A stretch of 64,000 nt of DNA from Schizochytrium sp. TIO01 (Eukaryota; Protista; Bigyra: Labyrinthulomycetes). Numbering within the stretch: the stretch's first letter is position 1; each line of letters starts with the position of its first letter. The notes beneath the pieces are model-generated. The model saw nothing but the letters and a program-made list of their open reading frames with translations, had not been told where the DNA came from and did no database searches. Shown here piece by piece: positions 1 to 9,940 of this stretch. The translations under genes were made by a program, and so were the position numbers. The stretch lies in the NCBI GenBank assembly GCA_004764695.1, contig SMSO01000014.1, positions 5,032,845-5,096,844 of the forward strand. Reading direction: 5' to 3'.

Positions 1-1126
1 TCGTGGACCTACTCTCTTATTAGCTTGCTCGCCTTGGAGTTTGCGTGGTCGCGGAGAAGAACTTGAAGGATTTGCGCGGCTTTCTGGCGGGTGGCGGCGG
101 GCTAGAGCGATTGGTCGAGGAGCGACGACGGGGGCTTTTGTGGCTTGTTCGTTGATTTTGTTTTACAAGGAGAACTTCGCTCGCTTGAGAGCGAATTGCG
201 GAATGTAAGAGGCAATGGAGCCAGCGAGCCCTTGGGTCGATGACGGAGGTGTACTTGAGAGCGGGGAATGATGGCACCAAAAGGCTGGAGCAAGATGGAG
301 CGCTTTCGATGACAAAACTGATTCCCGGAAGCTGACTGACTGACTGGCTGGTAGACTGAGGGTAAACACGAGAGTGCAACTTTATATTGGAGTAGGACCT
401 GACACCGATTGCAGTGCAGCTTAGCTGCTATGGAGAGTGGATCAAGGTTTGGTCGATGCCTTAAAATAACCATCTGCAGGGAGGCTGTGGTTTTATTGTA
501 GATATCAAATATTATTACATAGGGTGAAATCACTATTTTAGAAAAGTATAGAAGAAAATATTTTTGAGAGCGGATGGTACAATTTTGGAAACCTATTAGT
601 AGTACCAATTGGATGTAGGAATTACAAGGCATCTGGGGAATGGAAAAAAAAAAAAAAAAAACACCAGTCCAAGTTAGGAGCCCCAAACCACAATCTCTGT
701 CACCGCTCTCGAAAACCAATAATGATAGATTCTCGTATGATTTACTCAAGTTTCTTTGTAGTGGTAGGGATGGTATTCCTGACTGACGCAAGGGAATACG
801 GAGAGGGGGGAAAGATAAACCATGGATTTCAACAATCATCAGCATCTTCGGCAAGAGTATAAAGAGTTTCTTTAACTCTGTATCCTATTTATTGTTTTTC
901 ACACACGTTGCAGGGGCGCCAGTAGAATGGAGGAGTAGAGCCCCATAATTTCCATGGACTTAAATCCCAATAAACAAGAGAAAGAACGACACAAGGATTA
1001 AAAAAAAAAAATAGAAAAAAGGGAATAAAAAATGCGTGCAAACAAAAGATAGTTAAGCAATGGCCGTGTAGCGCAAATGAATATGAATAGGGACAGGGAA
1101 CAAAGACAGTATTAAGCACCATCATA

Positions 1127-3367
1127 CTATTTTGAGGGATCTGAGGGCTGGTTTTCAGACTGTGCATTGGGATCTCCTTGTTCTTCCGGGACCTGCGGAG
1201 CGAATTTAGGGGCCGCCTCCGGATCCAGGTCAAAGTGCTCTTTGAATAGATTAAGGATGTAGGAGCGCAAATTTGACGCAGACTGATAGTACGATGTTTC
1301 TGGACCATTATAGATGCAACAGTTATCACACATGCGCAGCATATCATCTCGGAGTGGCTCGGGCGATTTGTAGTACTGCCCATGGTCCAGACGTTTTTTA
1401 ATGAGAGAAATATCAATCGGGTCACGAATAATATCAAGATAGTCAGCAACAACATCCCCGACAGGTTCCTGAAATGGCCAAGCCTCCCGGTGAGCCTTGA
1501 CCAAACGTGCAACTGTGTATAGACGGCTTTGCATTTCATAATATTCGGCATGGTCCTCTGGATCGCCAGTACCTTCGAGGTTATGATGGACCATGCGAGA
1601 GAGAAACCGAACTGGCATAGCCCAGCCGGCCTCGCGCACGCCACGCACTTGGTCTTGCAAGTGTGTGATAGTTAGACCATCGCGAAAGTTCAAACCAGGG
1701 TACACCCGCTCCGCAGTCGAATTCTGCTTAATTTTTTGAAAGAGGAACTTGCGCTGCGAGGCGATCATTTCTGGGATATGAAGGTAATCCACATACTCAT
1801 TTACGCTACATTCCATCAAGGTTCCACCATCGTAGTCCTTAATATAGCCCCGCCAGCGCTCTCGTGGCATTGTGATGATTTTCGTAAACCCTTGCTTGCG
1901 AAAGTAGCCGATCGCAAAATTGTCAGCGTAGGTTAGGAAATGTGTAAGCTGAACAGACTTGACCCACTGCTTCAAGTGGTTCATGAGTTTGGTACCCACG
2001 CCCTTCACTTGGCGCGCGGCAGACACTGCAAGAAAAGCGATCTCTGCAAAACGCTGCTCCATGTACGGCCGAAAGCAAATACCGCCAATCACGTGCCCTG
2101 CGTCAATACAGACCAGCGAGTAATGCTTGCGATCCATCACGAGACGGACGATATATTCTTTTGGCATTTTGGGAAGTTGCTTGGCAAAGATCTCCTTCAC
2201 ATTAATGAGCCACACGAGGTTTTCTTCGGTACCGTCATTAGTGATGATCCTAAATTCAAGACCATCTTTGTCTTTCGCTGCTCCGGCTTCCTGTCTGCGC
2301 CGTTTGGTCGCCGGCTCGTCCGCAGCGCTGCCCTTGTCTGAAGGCTCTGAAGTAGTTTTCTTCTGGCTCGATGAAGTCTCAGTAGATGTGCCGTGACCAT
2401 TAGCTGCGACAAATGGTTTTGTTGTGGCCACAGAGGACGGCGCCGAAGCTGCACTACCCGGTTGCTTCGCATCAGATGGCATCGGTCTTGACTCGTTTGC
2501 CCCAGAAGGTAAACCTGAGGCTGTTGATGACGTAGCTGTTGTCGTTGGTGCTTGCGATGTTGCTGCTGGGGCCACATGTGTTGTAGACACTGCTGGGGCA
2601 GTTGCAGTAGCCGTAGGAGCTGTCTTTGGAGCTTCAGATCCAGTAGCCTTTGCATGAGTCTTCGCATCCGTTGTCTCTTTGAGCATACCTTCGGCCTTTT
2701 GTGAGTCACTAGATCCACTTTTGGCCTCTCCAGTCTCGCCAGACCGGTCTCTCATCTGAACTTCAGCCGCCACTGATGGATTCTCTCCCAGAAACCGTGC
2801 AGCATCCCCTGCTAGTGGCATTGTTAGTCTTGATGTATGAGCTAGCAGGATTTTAGATGCTTGCTCCCACGAATCACAAGCAACTCCACTCTCAAGTACC
2901 ACTTGAGCCATGTCCAGCATCGCTAGCTCTCGCGTGTCTTTATCCACCGACAAAGATGAAGACGAAGACGAAGCAACAGCGTCTGCAGAGGACATCGTGG
3001 TATCCCCTTCATTATCTACGGGTTTCTCAGAAGATAATTCTTTCGCGTCGTTTTTTGCGTCGTTGTTGGTATTGTTTTTGGCTTCGAGCATAGCGTCCAG
3101 CACTAAACTCAGCTTGGCCCGCAACCATGCCGGCGTAGAGACAGACTGCGATGGCGGTTGGGAGTCTATCGCAGCTGTGTTACTTGCTGAAGAGTTCGCA
3201 GTTGGTGTCTCTTTTTCTGCGGCGGTGGCGCCGGCTTCAGCGCCATCAAGGGAAACGGCGGAGGCCTCCGCCGAAGATGCAGCTGCTGGCAGGTTTGCGC
3301 TCGCGCCCGTACTGGCGGAGGCAGCAGGGCCGGGAGAGGAGGAGGAGGAGGAAGGAGCGTCTCCCAT
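1127..3367 (-). CDS. GCN5: Histone acetyltransferase GCN5 (GNAT HAT domain plus C-terminal bromodomain; long low-complexity N-terminus)
   Basis: HAT motifs LPKMPKEYIVRLV, EIAFLAV, QVKGVGTKLMNHLK, TYADNFAIGYFRKQGF and YIKDYDGGTLMEC; bromodomain AWPFQEPV...DYLDIIRDPID...CCIYNGPETSYY. Confidence 0.96.
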   Translation of the reverse strand: MGDAPSSSSSSPGPAASASTGASANLPAAASSAEASAVSLDGAEAGATAAEKETPTANSSASNTAAIDSQPPSQSVSTPAWLRAKLSLVLDAMLEAKNNTNNDAKNDAKELSSEKPVDNEGDTTMSSADAVASSSSSSLSVDKDTRELAMLDMAQVVLESGVACDSWEQASKILLAHTSRLTMPLAGDAARFLGENPSVAAEVQMRDRSGETGEAKSGSSDSQKAEGMLKETTDAKTHAKATGSEAPKTAPTATATAPAVSTTHVAPAATSQAPTTTATSSTASGLPSGANESRPMPSDAKQPGSAASAPSSVATTKPFVAANGHGTSTETSSSQKKTTSEPSDKGSAADEPATKRRRQEAGAAKDKDGLEFRIITNDGTEENLVWLINVKEIFAKQLPKMPKEYIVRLVMDRKHYSLVCIDAGHVIGGICFRPYMEQRFAEIAFLAVSAARQVKGVGTKLMNHLKQWVKSVQLTHFLTYADNFAIGYFRKQGFTKIITMPRERWRGYIKDYDGGTLMECSVNEYVDYLHIPEMIASQRKFLFQKIKQNSTAERVYPGLNFRDGLTITHLQDQVRGVREAGWAMPVRFLSRMVHHNLEGTGDPEDHAEYYEMQSRLYTVARLVKAHREAWPFQEPVGDVVADYLDIIRDPIDISLIKKRLDHGQYYKSPEPLRDDMLRMCDNCCIYNGPETSYYQSASNLRSYILNLFKEHFDLDPEAAPKFAPQVPEEQGDPNAQSENQPSDPSK

Positions 3368-5025
3368 AGTGCGATAGTCGGAGCGACAACTGGCGCCGCG
3401 GCGCCGGAGCGGTCTGGCTGGCGGCGGGCGGCTGCTGGTTGATTATCTGGACTGATCTAGCGACGTCTTTTTTCCTTTTACTTTCTTCGCTTTACTGCCT
3501 TCGCATTAAAGGTAATAAATACTAGATAATGCATAGTAGTCCCTACATCAAGAAGAAGTAGTCTTGGAGTAAACACGCAAAACTTATATAAAATCAGAGC
3601 ACAAGCCAAAGCTGATCTCATCACCGACGTCCATATTACAGACTTTTTGGAGCGTAGACATTTGTTCGCAAAGAATTCCTTAGATTTCATGAAGGTTTAG
3701 ATCGTTTAACTATTGACATTTTAAAATTGGGTGTGGATACGGATATTTTTTGCAACTGGCACTGACAAGAAAACTTAGTCTGTTGCGGACTGTGAGTTGT
3801 GGAGATGGGAGGAAAGGAAAAGTGCTGATGACATGGAGCGAGGAAGAAAGTTAAGGGAGGTGATAGAAGGAAATTCGGGGCAGAATCTATGAACATGCGT
3901 TCTGCGCTATCTTGTTTCGAGTTGTAAAAAGAAAAGCGGAAACGAAAAATGAGCAAGATCCTTTTTTTTTTCTTCTTTTTTTTCCCAAGCTGTTGTTGAA
4001 CGTTGAACAATCTACGCACACCAAAACGTACTGTACATTCGGTAAAATGTAATGCAGGGTCGCCAAAACGACATGGAGGTATGGGTGAGATTCAGAGGAG
4101 AATTCCAGTCCTGGTTTGGGTGTAAAACTGATTGAAATGGGTGAGAAATGGGGGTTTATGTGAAGATATGGTCGAGAGGGGACGATTTGACAGTCCTTCA
4201 GAAGATGGACCGTGGTCACGAGAAACCATGTTGTGCCGCGAGAGCTTTCTGCCTTGCGGAATCAAAATTAGAGGCGAATAACTGGCATCGAGCTGGTGGC
4301 CGGGAAGAGTGCTGCAGTGCTGTACTTCTTCACGGAACTCCAGGACACTATTTGACTCGCGCGCAAGAAGGTAAACGGGCGCCAAGCTATGATTAAAGAA
4401 ATACACGGATAAGTTTCGTTGAACATGTACTTTGTTATGGGTAAAGGGAGCCCTGCGGAAAGTGGGAACACGAGTGTATGAGGACTAGAAACTGTAAGAT
4501 GATCGTGGTTTGAAGTAAGTGCACACACTGTAAAATGTCTGTATGTGTCTTGGAAAGGACAGTGTGAGAAGCAGGAAACGCGCTGGTCGTCTGGCATGGG
4601 GATACGGAAGCGGGTTGGGTTGCAAAGGGTTGATTGGGGCTCCCAATGGCATTAGAGGGGGCGGGAATACCGGTGTTAGAATCTCTGTGAGGTATTTAGC
4701 TTCATAGCCTTCGAGTTTGTGTATATGTACTAGCATCAACACGGAGTTTGAGAACCAGTCTCTTAATCGTAGCGAGATTGCACGTAACCTGGTAATGTTT
4801 CTTATTTATACGTATATAATTGTGTGTATATGAAGGCCAACAAGAAGGAAGCAAGCAAGGAGGTCTTGCGAACAAGCTTTTGGCCGTGGAAAGTAGAGAG
4901 ATCCTGGGAGGCAAAGAATTGTAGACGGAGAATGAAATGGTCTCAACAGGCATATTTAGGATAAGAAATATCATGGCTTTGCGTAACGAGGCTCTCCATG
5001 TGAGGCTCTTCTTTTTTACTTACTC

Positions 5026-5219
5026 TGCTTAGCTTGCTTTGCTAAGCAAGGTTAGTCAAACCTGCAGTAGAATGACGATTCATTTTTCGCAGGAGTAGTT
5101 TTCAAGGTCCGAGGTTTAAGGTATTTTGCTTAGCTTGTTTGCTAAGCAAGGAAAGTCAAACCTGCACTAGGATTCCCTTTTCGCAGGAGTATTTTTCGAG
5201 GTCCGAGGTTTAAGGTATT
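5026..5219. repeat. Tandem duplication of a ~95-100 bp unit (2 copies)
   Basis: The unit tgcttagcttg(c)tttgctaagcaagg..agtcaaacctgca...tttttcgcaggagta.ttttc.aggtccgaggtttaaggtatt occurs at 5026-5126 and 5127-5219. Confidence 0.9.
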
Positions 5220-6042
5220 GCACACTCTATCTCGGTCTTCCTACCTAAACCAAACAAACGTATTCATGTCTGGGGCTGAGCAAGGCCCAAAGTCCACGCC
5301 ACAAGCAAAGGGCAGTTACAAATCGTAGAGGGACATACAGGGCGTTAACAGCTTGTTTCTCTCTAGTCCAGCACCAGTATTTGAAACCAATATTAAGATT
5401 TATGTATCTGATGATGGTCTCAATATCAAGTTAAATATGCAATGTGAGCAGGAAAAGTATTAAATCCCAAGAGATAATGAGAACAAACAGAAATAAAAAA
5501 CTACCTGCATACGCCAAGGTATATGAAGAAAGGATGAGTTTTGAAATATAGATAAAGATTATATGATAACTATCAGCAGTAGGTAACGAGTTCTTACATT
5601 ATCTCTACAGCTAAGCGGTCGTAATTTTCACAACAAAAGATAGAGACATTCTGTTAAAAATTGCTTTTGCACGAAGCATGAAGCCGCCAGCATCCTCGCA
5701 TCCATAATGCATAATGAAATCAATAAAACCTCTAGAGGAAATAGAGTTTCAAGGTGCAGATGATGATGATGATGATGATATGATGATGCGTGGCGCGCAA
5801 AGAGAAAGATAACATAATGCAATTAGATGCAGGTTTGTATGGGCCATGGTAAAGAGATTGTGGGTGGATTGTTTTTTTGGAGGGGGGGGGAGGGTTCTGT
5901 GTGTCAAGAAATTCTTGAAAACAGAAGCAAGTAATGGAGGGAGGGTTCATCGTCGGAAGAAGTATATAATCGTCGGAGATGGTTTGTTTTGCGAGTGCGT
6001 GAGCGATCTCTCGCGAAACCGCACTGACTTGGTGGTGCCAAT

Positions 6043-7410
6043 TTAGAAGCCGAGGCCAGGCATGGGGAACGGGTTGGCAAATGCGTGGACGTCCTCCTTG
6101 AGCTGCTCAAGGTCAGCGTTGTTGTCAAGGCCGGCCTTGAAGTCCTTGAGCGCCTTTCCGCGCTCCTCCTGGATCTTGGCGGCAATCTGCACGGCGCGGT
6201 GGAGGAATTCGGCAACCTTCTCGAAGTCAGACTCCACAAAGCCGCGGGTGGTGAGGGCAGGGGTTCCGATGCGGACTCCACCGGGGGAAAGAGCAGACTT
6301 GTCACCAGGGACAGCGTTCTTGTTGAGGGTGATGTGGCATCTGTCACAGAGGGTCTCAATCTTGGATCCGGTGATGCCTTGCGGGCGAAGATCCCAGAGG
6401 AGGAGGTGGTTGTCGGTACCGCCGGTAGCGAGGCTGTATCCGTACTTGTTGAGGGCGGCTCCGAGGGCCTGGGCGTTCTTGCGGACCTGGACTGCGTACT
6501 GCTTGAACTCGGGGCTCATGACCTCCTTGAGCTGAGTGGCGATGGCTCCGATGGCGTTCTCGTGGGGGCCACCCTGAAGACCGGGGAAGACGGCAGCGTC
6601 AACCTTGGGTCCGAAGTTGCGCTCGTCCTTGCGGTAAAAGATCATAGCAGCGCGGGGTCCACGGAGGGACTTGTGGGTGGTGGTGGTGACGATGTCAGCG
6701 AAATCGAAGGGGCTTACGGCCTCCTCGGTGGCGACGAGGCCAGAAATGTGAGCCATGTCGCAGAGAAGGAGGGCTCCGTTCTCGTCGGCGATCTCGCGGA
6801 AGCGCTTGTAGTCCCACTCGCGAGGGTATGCAGAGCCACCGCAGATGATGAGGGCGGGCTTGTAGGTGCGAGCGAGGTCGGCAAGACGGTCGAAGTCAAT
6901 GAGGCCGGTCTCGGGGTGCACGGTGTAAGGAAGACTCTCGAAGTAGACTGAGGTAGCGGAGATGGCCTTGCGCTCGCCGGTCTTCTTGTCGAGCGTGTAG
7001 AAGCCGTGGGTGAGGTGGCCTCCAGAGGGAAGGTCAAGGCCCATGATGCGGTCGTGCGGCTTGAGCACGGCGGTGAAGGCAGCAAAGTTGGCGGGGGATC
7101 CACTGTACGGGGCCACGTTCACGCCCCAGTTCTCGGGGTTAAGACGGTATGCCTTCAAGGCGCGGTCCATGCACATGGTCTCGACCTTGTCAATGATCTG
7201 GTTGCCACCGTAGTAACGCTTGCCGGGCATGCCCTCGGCGTACTTGTTGGTGAGGCAGCTGCCGAGGGTCTCCATGACGGCAGTGGAGGTGAAGTTCTCA
7301 CTGGCGATGAGCTCGAGACCGCCGCGCTGACGGGCACGCTCATCGGCGATGAGGGCGAAGAGCTCGGGGTCGTGCTCTTCGAGCGACTTCTGGCCAATCA
7401 GCTGCGACAT
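6043..7410 (-). CDS. SHMT: Serine hydroxymethyltransferase, probably cytosolic (no presequence)
   Basis: Motifs [34 protein letters not shown]-lysine motif [21 protein letters not shown] and [13 protein letters not shown]; strong GC3 codon bias. Confidence 0.98.
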   Translation of the reverse strand: MSQLIGQKSLEEHDPELFALIADERARQRGGLELIASENFTSTAVMETLGSCLTNKYAEGMPGKRYYGGNQIIDKVETMCMDRALKAYRLNPENWGVNVAPYSGSPANFAAFTAVLKPHDRIMGLDLPSGGHLTHGFYTLDKKTGERKAISATSVYFESLPYTVHPETGLIDFDRLADLARTYKPALIICGGSAYPREWDYKRFREIADENGALLLCDMAHISGLVATEEAVSPFDFADIVTTTTHKSLRGPRAAMIFYRKDERNFGPKVDAAVFPGLQGGPHENAIGAIATQLKEVMSPEFKQYAVQVRKNAQALGAALNKYGYSLATGGTDNHLLLWDLRPQGITGSKIETLCDRCHITLNKNAVPGDKSALSPGGVRIGTPALTTRGFVESDFEKVAEFLHRAVQIAAKIQEERGKALKDFKAGLDNNADLEQLKEDVHAFANPFPMPGLGF

Positions 7411-7575
7411 TGTGCAAGAAAAGAGAGTCCGGGATCGACGTGCAAAAAGCGGCGATAAAGGGGTTGATTACGGGTTTGCTGCGATCCACCTCGATCTGCT
7501 TGCTCTCGTTTCTTCTTTCGCTCTGCTTTGCTGTGCCAATTCCTTTATCATGCCTTACACAGCCTTAGTCACATA

Positions 7576-7620
7576 CAACAAACAAACAAACAAACAAACA
7601 AACAAACAAACAAACAAACA
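7576..7620. repeat. (AAAC)n microsatellite upstream of SHMT
   Basis: Seen directly in the sequence. Confidence 0.95.
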
Positions 7621-8280
7621 GCCAAAGATAAAACTATTGTAACATTTAAAAAGCAACAAAACATTTTTTTATTAAAAGCGCTTTATTTCTAAAGCTTTAT
7701 TTAGAACGCTTTTATAAAATAAAAGTAAATTAAATTAAATTAAATTAAATCAATAAATAAAACTTTTGAGAAGTGATCCTTCTCCACTTTTAGCCATTCT
7801 GCTATTGCGGCGCTTAGCACGTGTAATGAAAGGCAGTTTAGTGTACTCTTTCTTTTCCAACATTTTTACGATCGACCGCTGCGCTCGCTGCTTTCTGCCC
7901 TTCCCCTGTCTGTACTTGGCTGAGCTGCGTCGAAAGCAGGCAGCCAGCCAGAGGCCTGGCGAGGCGGCGAGGGAGCGCAGAGACACCCTGCTTCTCGAAG
8001 GGCAGCTAGCTAGCTAGCTAGCTAGCTTGCTTGCTTTCTTCGAACGCAGCAGTAGCGGCAGCCGCTTTGGAGGACTCCGTTGTTTCGGTAGTTTGGATTC
8101 TCTCTCTGTTCCTCCTAATTGGAGGATCGAAGTCCTCTCTTCGGCATAAATGAGTCAATCTATGGCTCAATCAATCAATCCATCAATCCATCAATCAATC
8201 AATGAACGAATGAGTGAATGAGTGAATGAGAGTAACGAATGCGTACGATGAACAGACTCATATTGGAGAAGCGAAGAAAT

Positions 8281-8357
8281 CAATGCAATGCAATGCAACG
8301 CAACGCAATGCAATGCAATGCAATGCAATGCAATGCAATGCAAAGCAAAGCAAAGCA
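8281..8357. repeat. (AATGC)n/(AAAGC)n pentanucleotide microsatellite
   Basis: Seen directly in the sequence. Confidence 0.95.
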
Positions 8358-9220
8358 TGATATAACTGGCCCTTCTCTGACGCCTAAGACTACCTACTGC
8401 GCAATAGGCCCCTGGAGTGGCCAGAGATGAAAGTCCTTTCCTTTCTTTCTTTCTTTCTTTCTTTCCTTCTTTCTCTCAGAAGGCTTTTGGAGGGAGCGCA
8501 TGTAATCTTTTACATGGCGGAACAAAGATGGGTTTGCGGTAGCCGCCCCCTAGGGTGTTCTACGGCGCCGCCAGTTAGTTGGAGACTTTGATTCTTCTTT
8601 TTTAGCACCACGAGTTATGTATGTATGTATGTATGGGAAACGTTTTTGTTTGATTGCATTAGTTTTAATAGAAATCATCGATGGGCGAGTTTCTTCTTTC
8701 TTGCGAGTTCTATGTTGGCTGATTGATCTCCCTCCAGCCGTAGCCTGGATGGACCTCGAGGCCAGGCTCGCGAAAGGACAGGCAGCCGGGGCCAGAGCCT
8801 GCGGCGCCTCGACCACGGCGCGAGAGCAGCCGCCCGCCCTCCGCCGCGTCTGCAGCGGCGGAAACTGTCTGTCTGCCTTCTCTCGCGCGATGGAGACTGA
8901 CAAAGCTACAGTATCATTCATTCATTCATTCATTCATTCATATTTACATTTCTTCTTCTTCTTCTTTCTTTTCTTCTTCTTTTAATTGAAACTAATTTAG
9001 CGCTTATCTTTCCAATGGAATCATCGACTTTTAAAAGGACCAACGAAAGGACTTCGAACGTTTCTTTCTTTTTAAAAGAAACAAAGAAACAAAGAAAGAA
9101 AAAAAGGCACTGGACTCCGAAGGATTTTGTGCCCCAGAAAGGCGGAAAAACCATCATCTCCCGCAGAGGGCAAGAGCTCGCACCGGTAGGGCCATCCCAG
9201 CCTAAACGCTAGGAGTGTCC

Positions 9221-9940
9221 GAGGGCGCCCTCCTCGATCGAGGGCCCAGCGCCAGCCCGCCTCAGGCCGTGCAGCCGCGGCGGGAGGGGCAGAGGCGGGC
9301 TGGCGAGGGAGCCTGGCCCCCAGGCGGGCCCCAGGGGCTGCCGGGCGCCGGCCTGCGCCAGGAAACGCGCCCGGCGGCAGCCCTTTGGCAGCGCTGCGGC
9401 AGTTCTGCGGCGCATTGCAAAAGGGCAGACATAGCTTTCTGCCCTTTGGCCAATATGGGGCGCCGCGCGGGTGTGCGGCGCAGGATTAGATACAGGTTTA
9501 ATAGGGGGCCCGCGCGCCAAAACTCGTGGCCACGCTCGTTCCTCGCGGTTCGCCCCCGGAAGACCGCCGCTCCCGCCGTGGCAGCCAGGCAGACGACAAG
9601 GCAGGCAAGAAGGCAGGCCAGGCCGCCTCGCAGGAGCGGCAGCCTGCCACAGCCAGGCCCGCGGGAGCGGCAGCCGGCTCCGGAGGCGGCGCAGGCCCCC
9701 CCCCCGGAGCGCTCGCAGCCACACATCGGCGCAGCAGACGGAGAATATAGGGACCCGCCACCAACTCCCGCCGTGCCATTTAGAGACGCCAGAGCCGGTA
9801 CTATATACCGCATTCCGCGCGGTGAGTGGCGGGGGAGTTTTGGACAGAGGGGGGCTGGATGGGGTTTGAGAAACAGCGCCTGATTTTGGACGCGGCGGGG
9901 TCCCTTTTAGACGTACCGGAGCGGGTTTTAGGACGTGGGA
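9221..9940. other. GC-rich, hairpin-dense noncoding island (candidate structured RNA, regulatory element or element terminus)
   Basis: Several perfect inverted repeats (14 bp at 9250-9263/9292-9305; 10 bp at 9420-9429/9438-9447), two abutting 12-bp palindromes and phased TTTTRG(G)AC motifs; no credible ORF. Confidence 0.4.

Noticed and set aside
20-854. Minus-strand ORFs of 119 and 250 aa
   Set aside because: Non-ATG starts, one runs through a long homopolymer, and no recognisable domain. They could be UTR or decayed sequence but cannot be supported.
3480-4980. Chain of short minus-strand ORFs upstream of GCN5, possibly a retroelement remnant
   Set aside because: No RT, endonuclease, integrase or gag motifs recognisable.
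5026-5219. CRISPR-like interpretation of the palindromic repeat
   Set aside because: Only two units, the would-be spacers are homologous, the context is eukaryotic and no cas genes are present.
6085-6951. 288-aa ORF antisense to SHMT
   Set aside because: Shadow of a GC3-rich, highly biased gene.
9195-9215. cctaaac as a telomerase template
   Set aside because: Too short, lacks the 1.5-repeat permutation, and the host telomere repeat is not visible in this window.
9209-9883. Overlapping 130-220 aa ORFs on both strands in the GC island
   Set aside because: Arg/Pro/Gly/Ala-rich frames expected from stop-codon scarcity at very high GC; no motifs.
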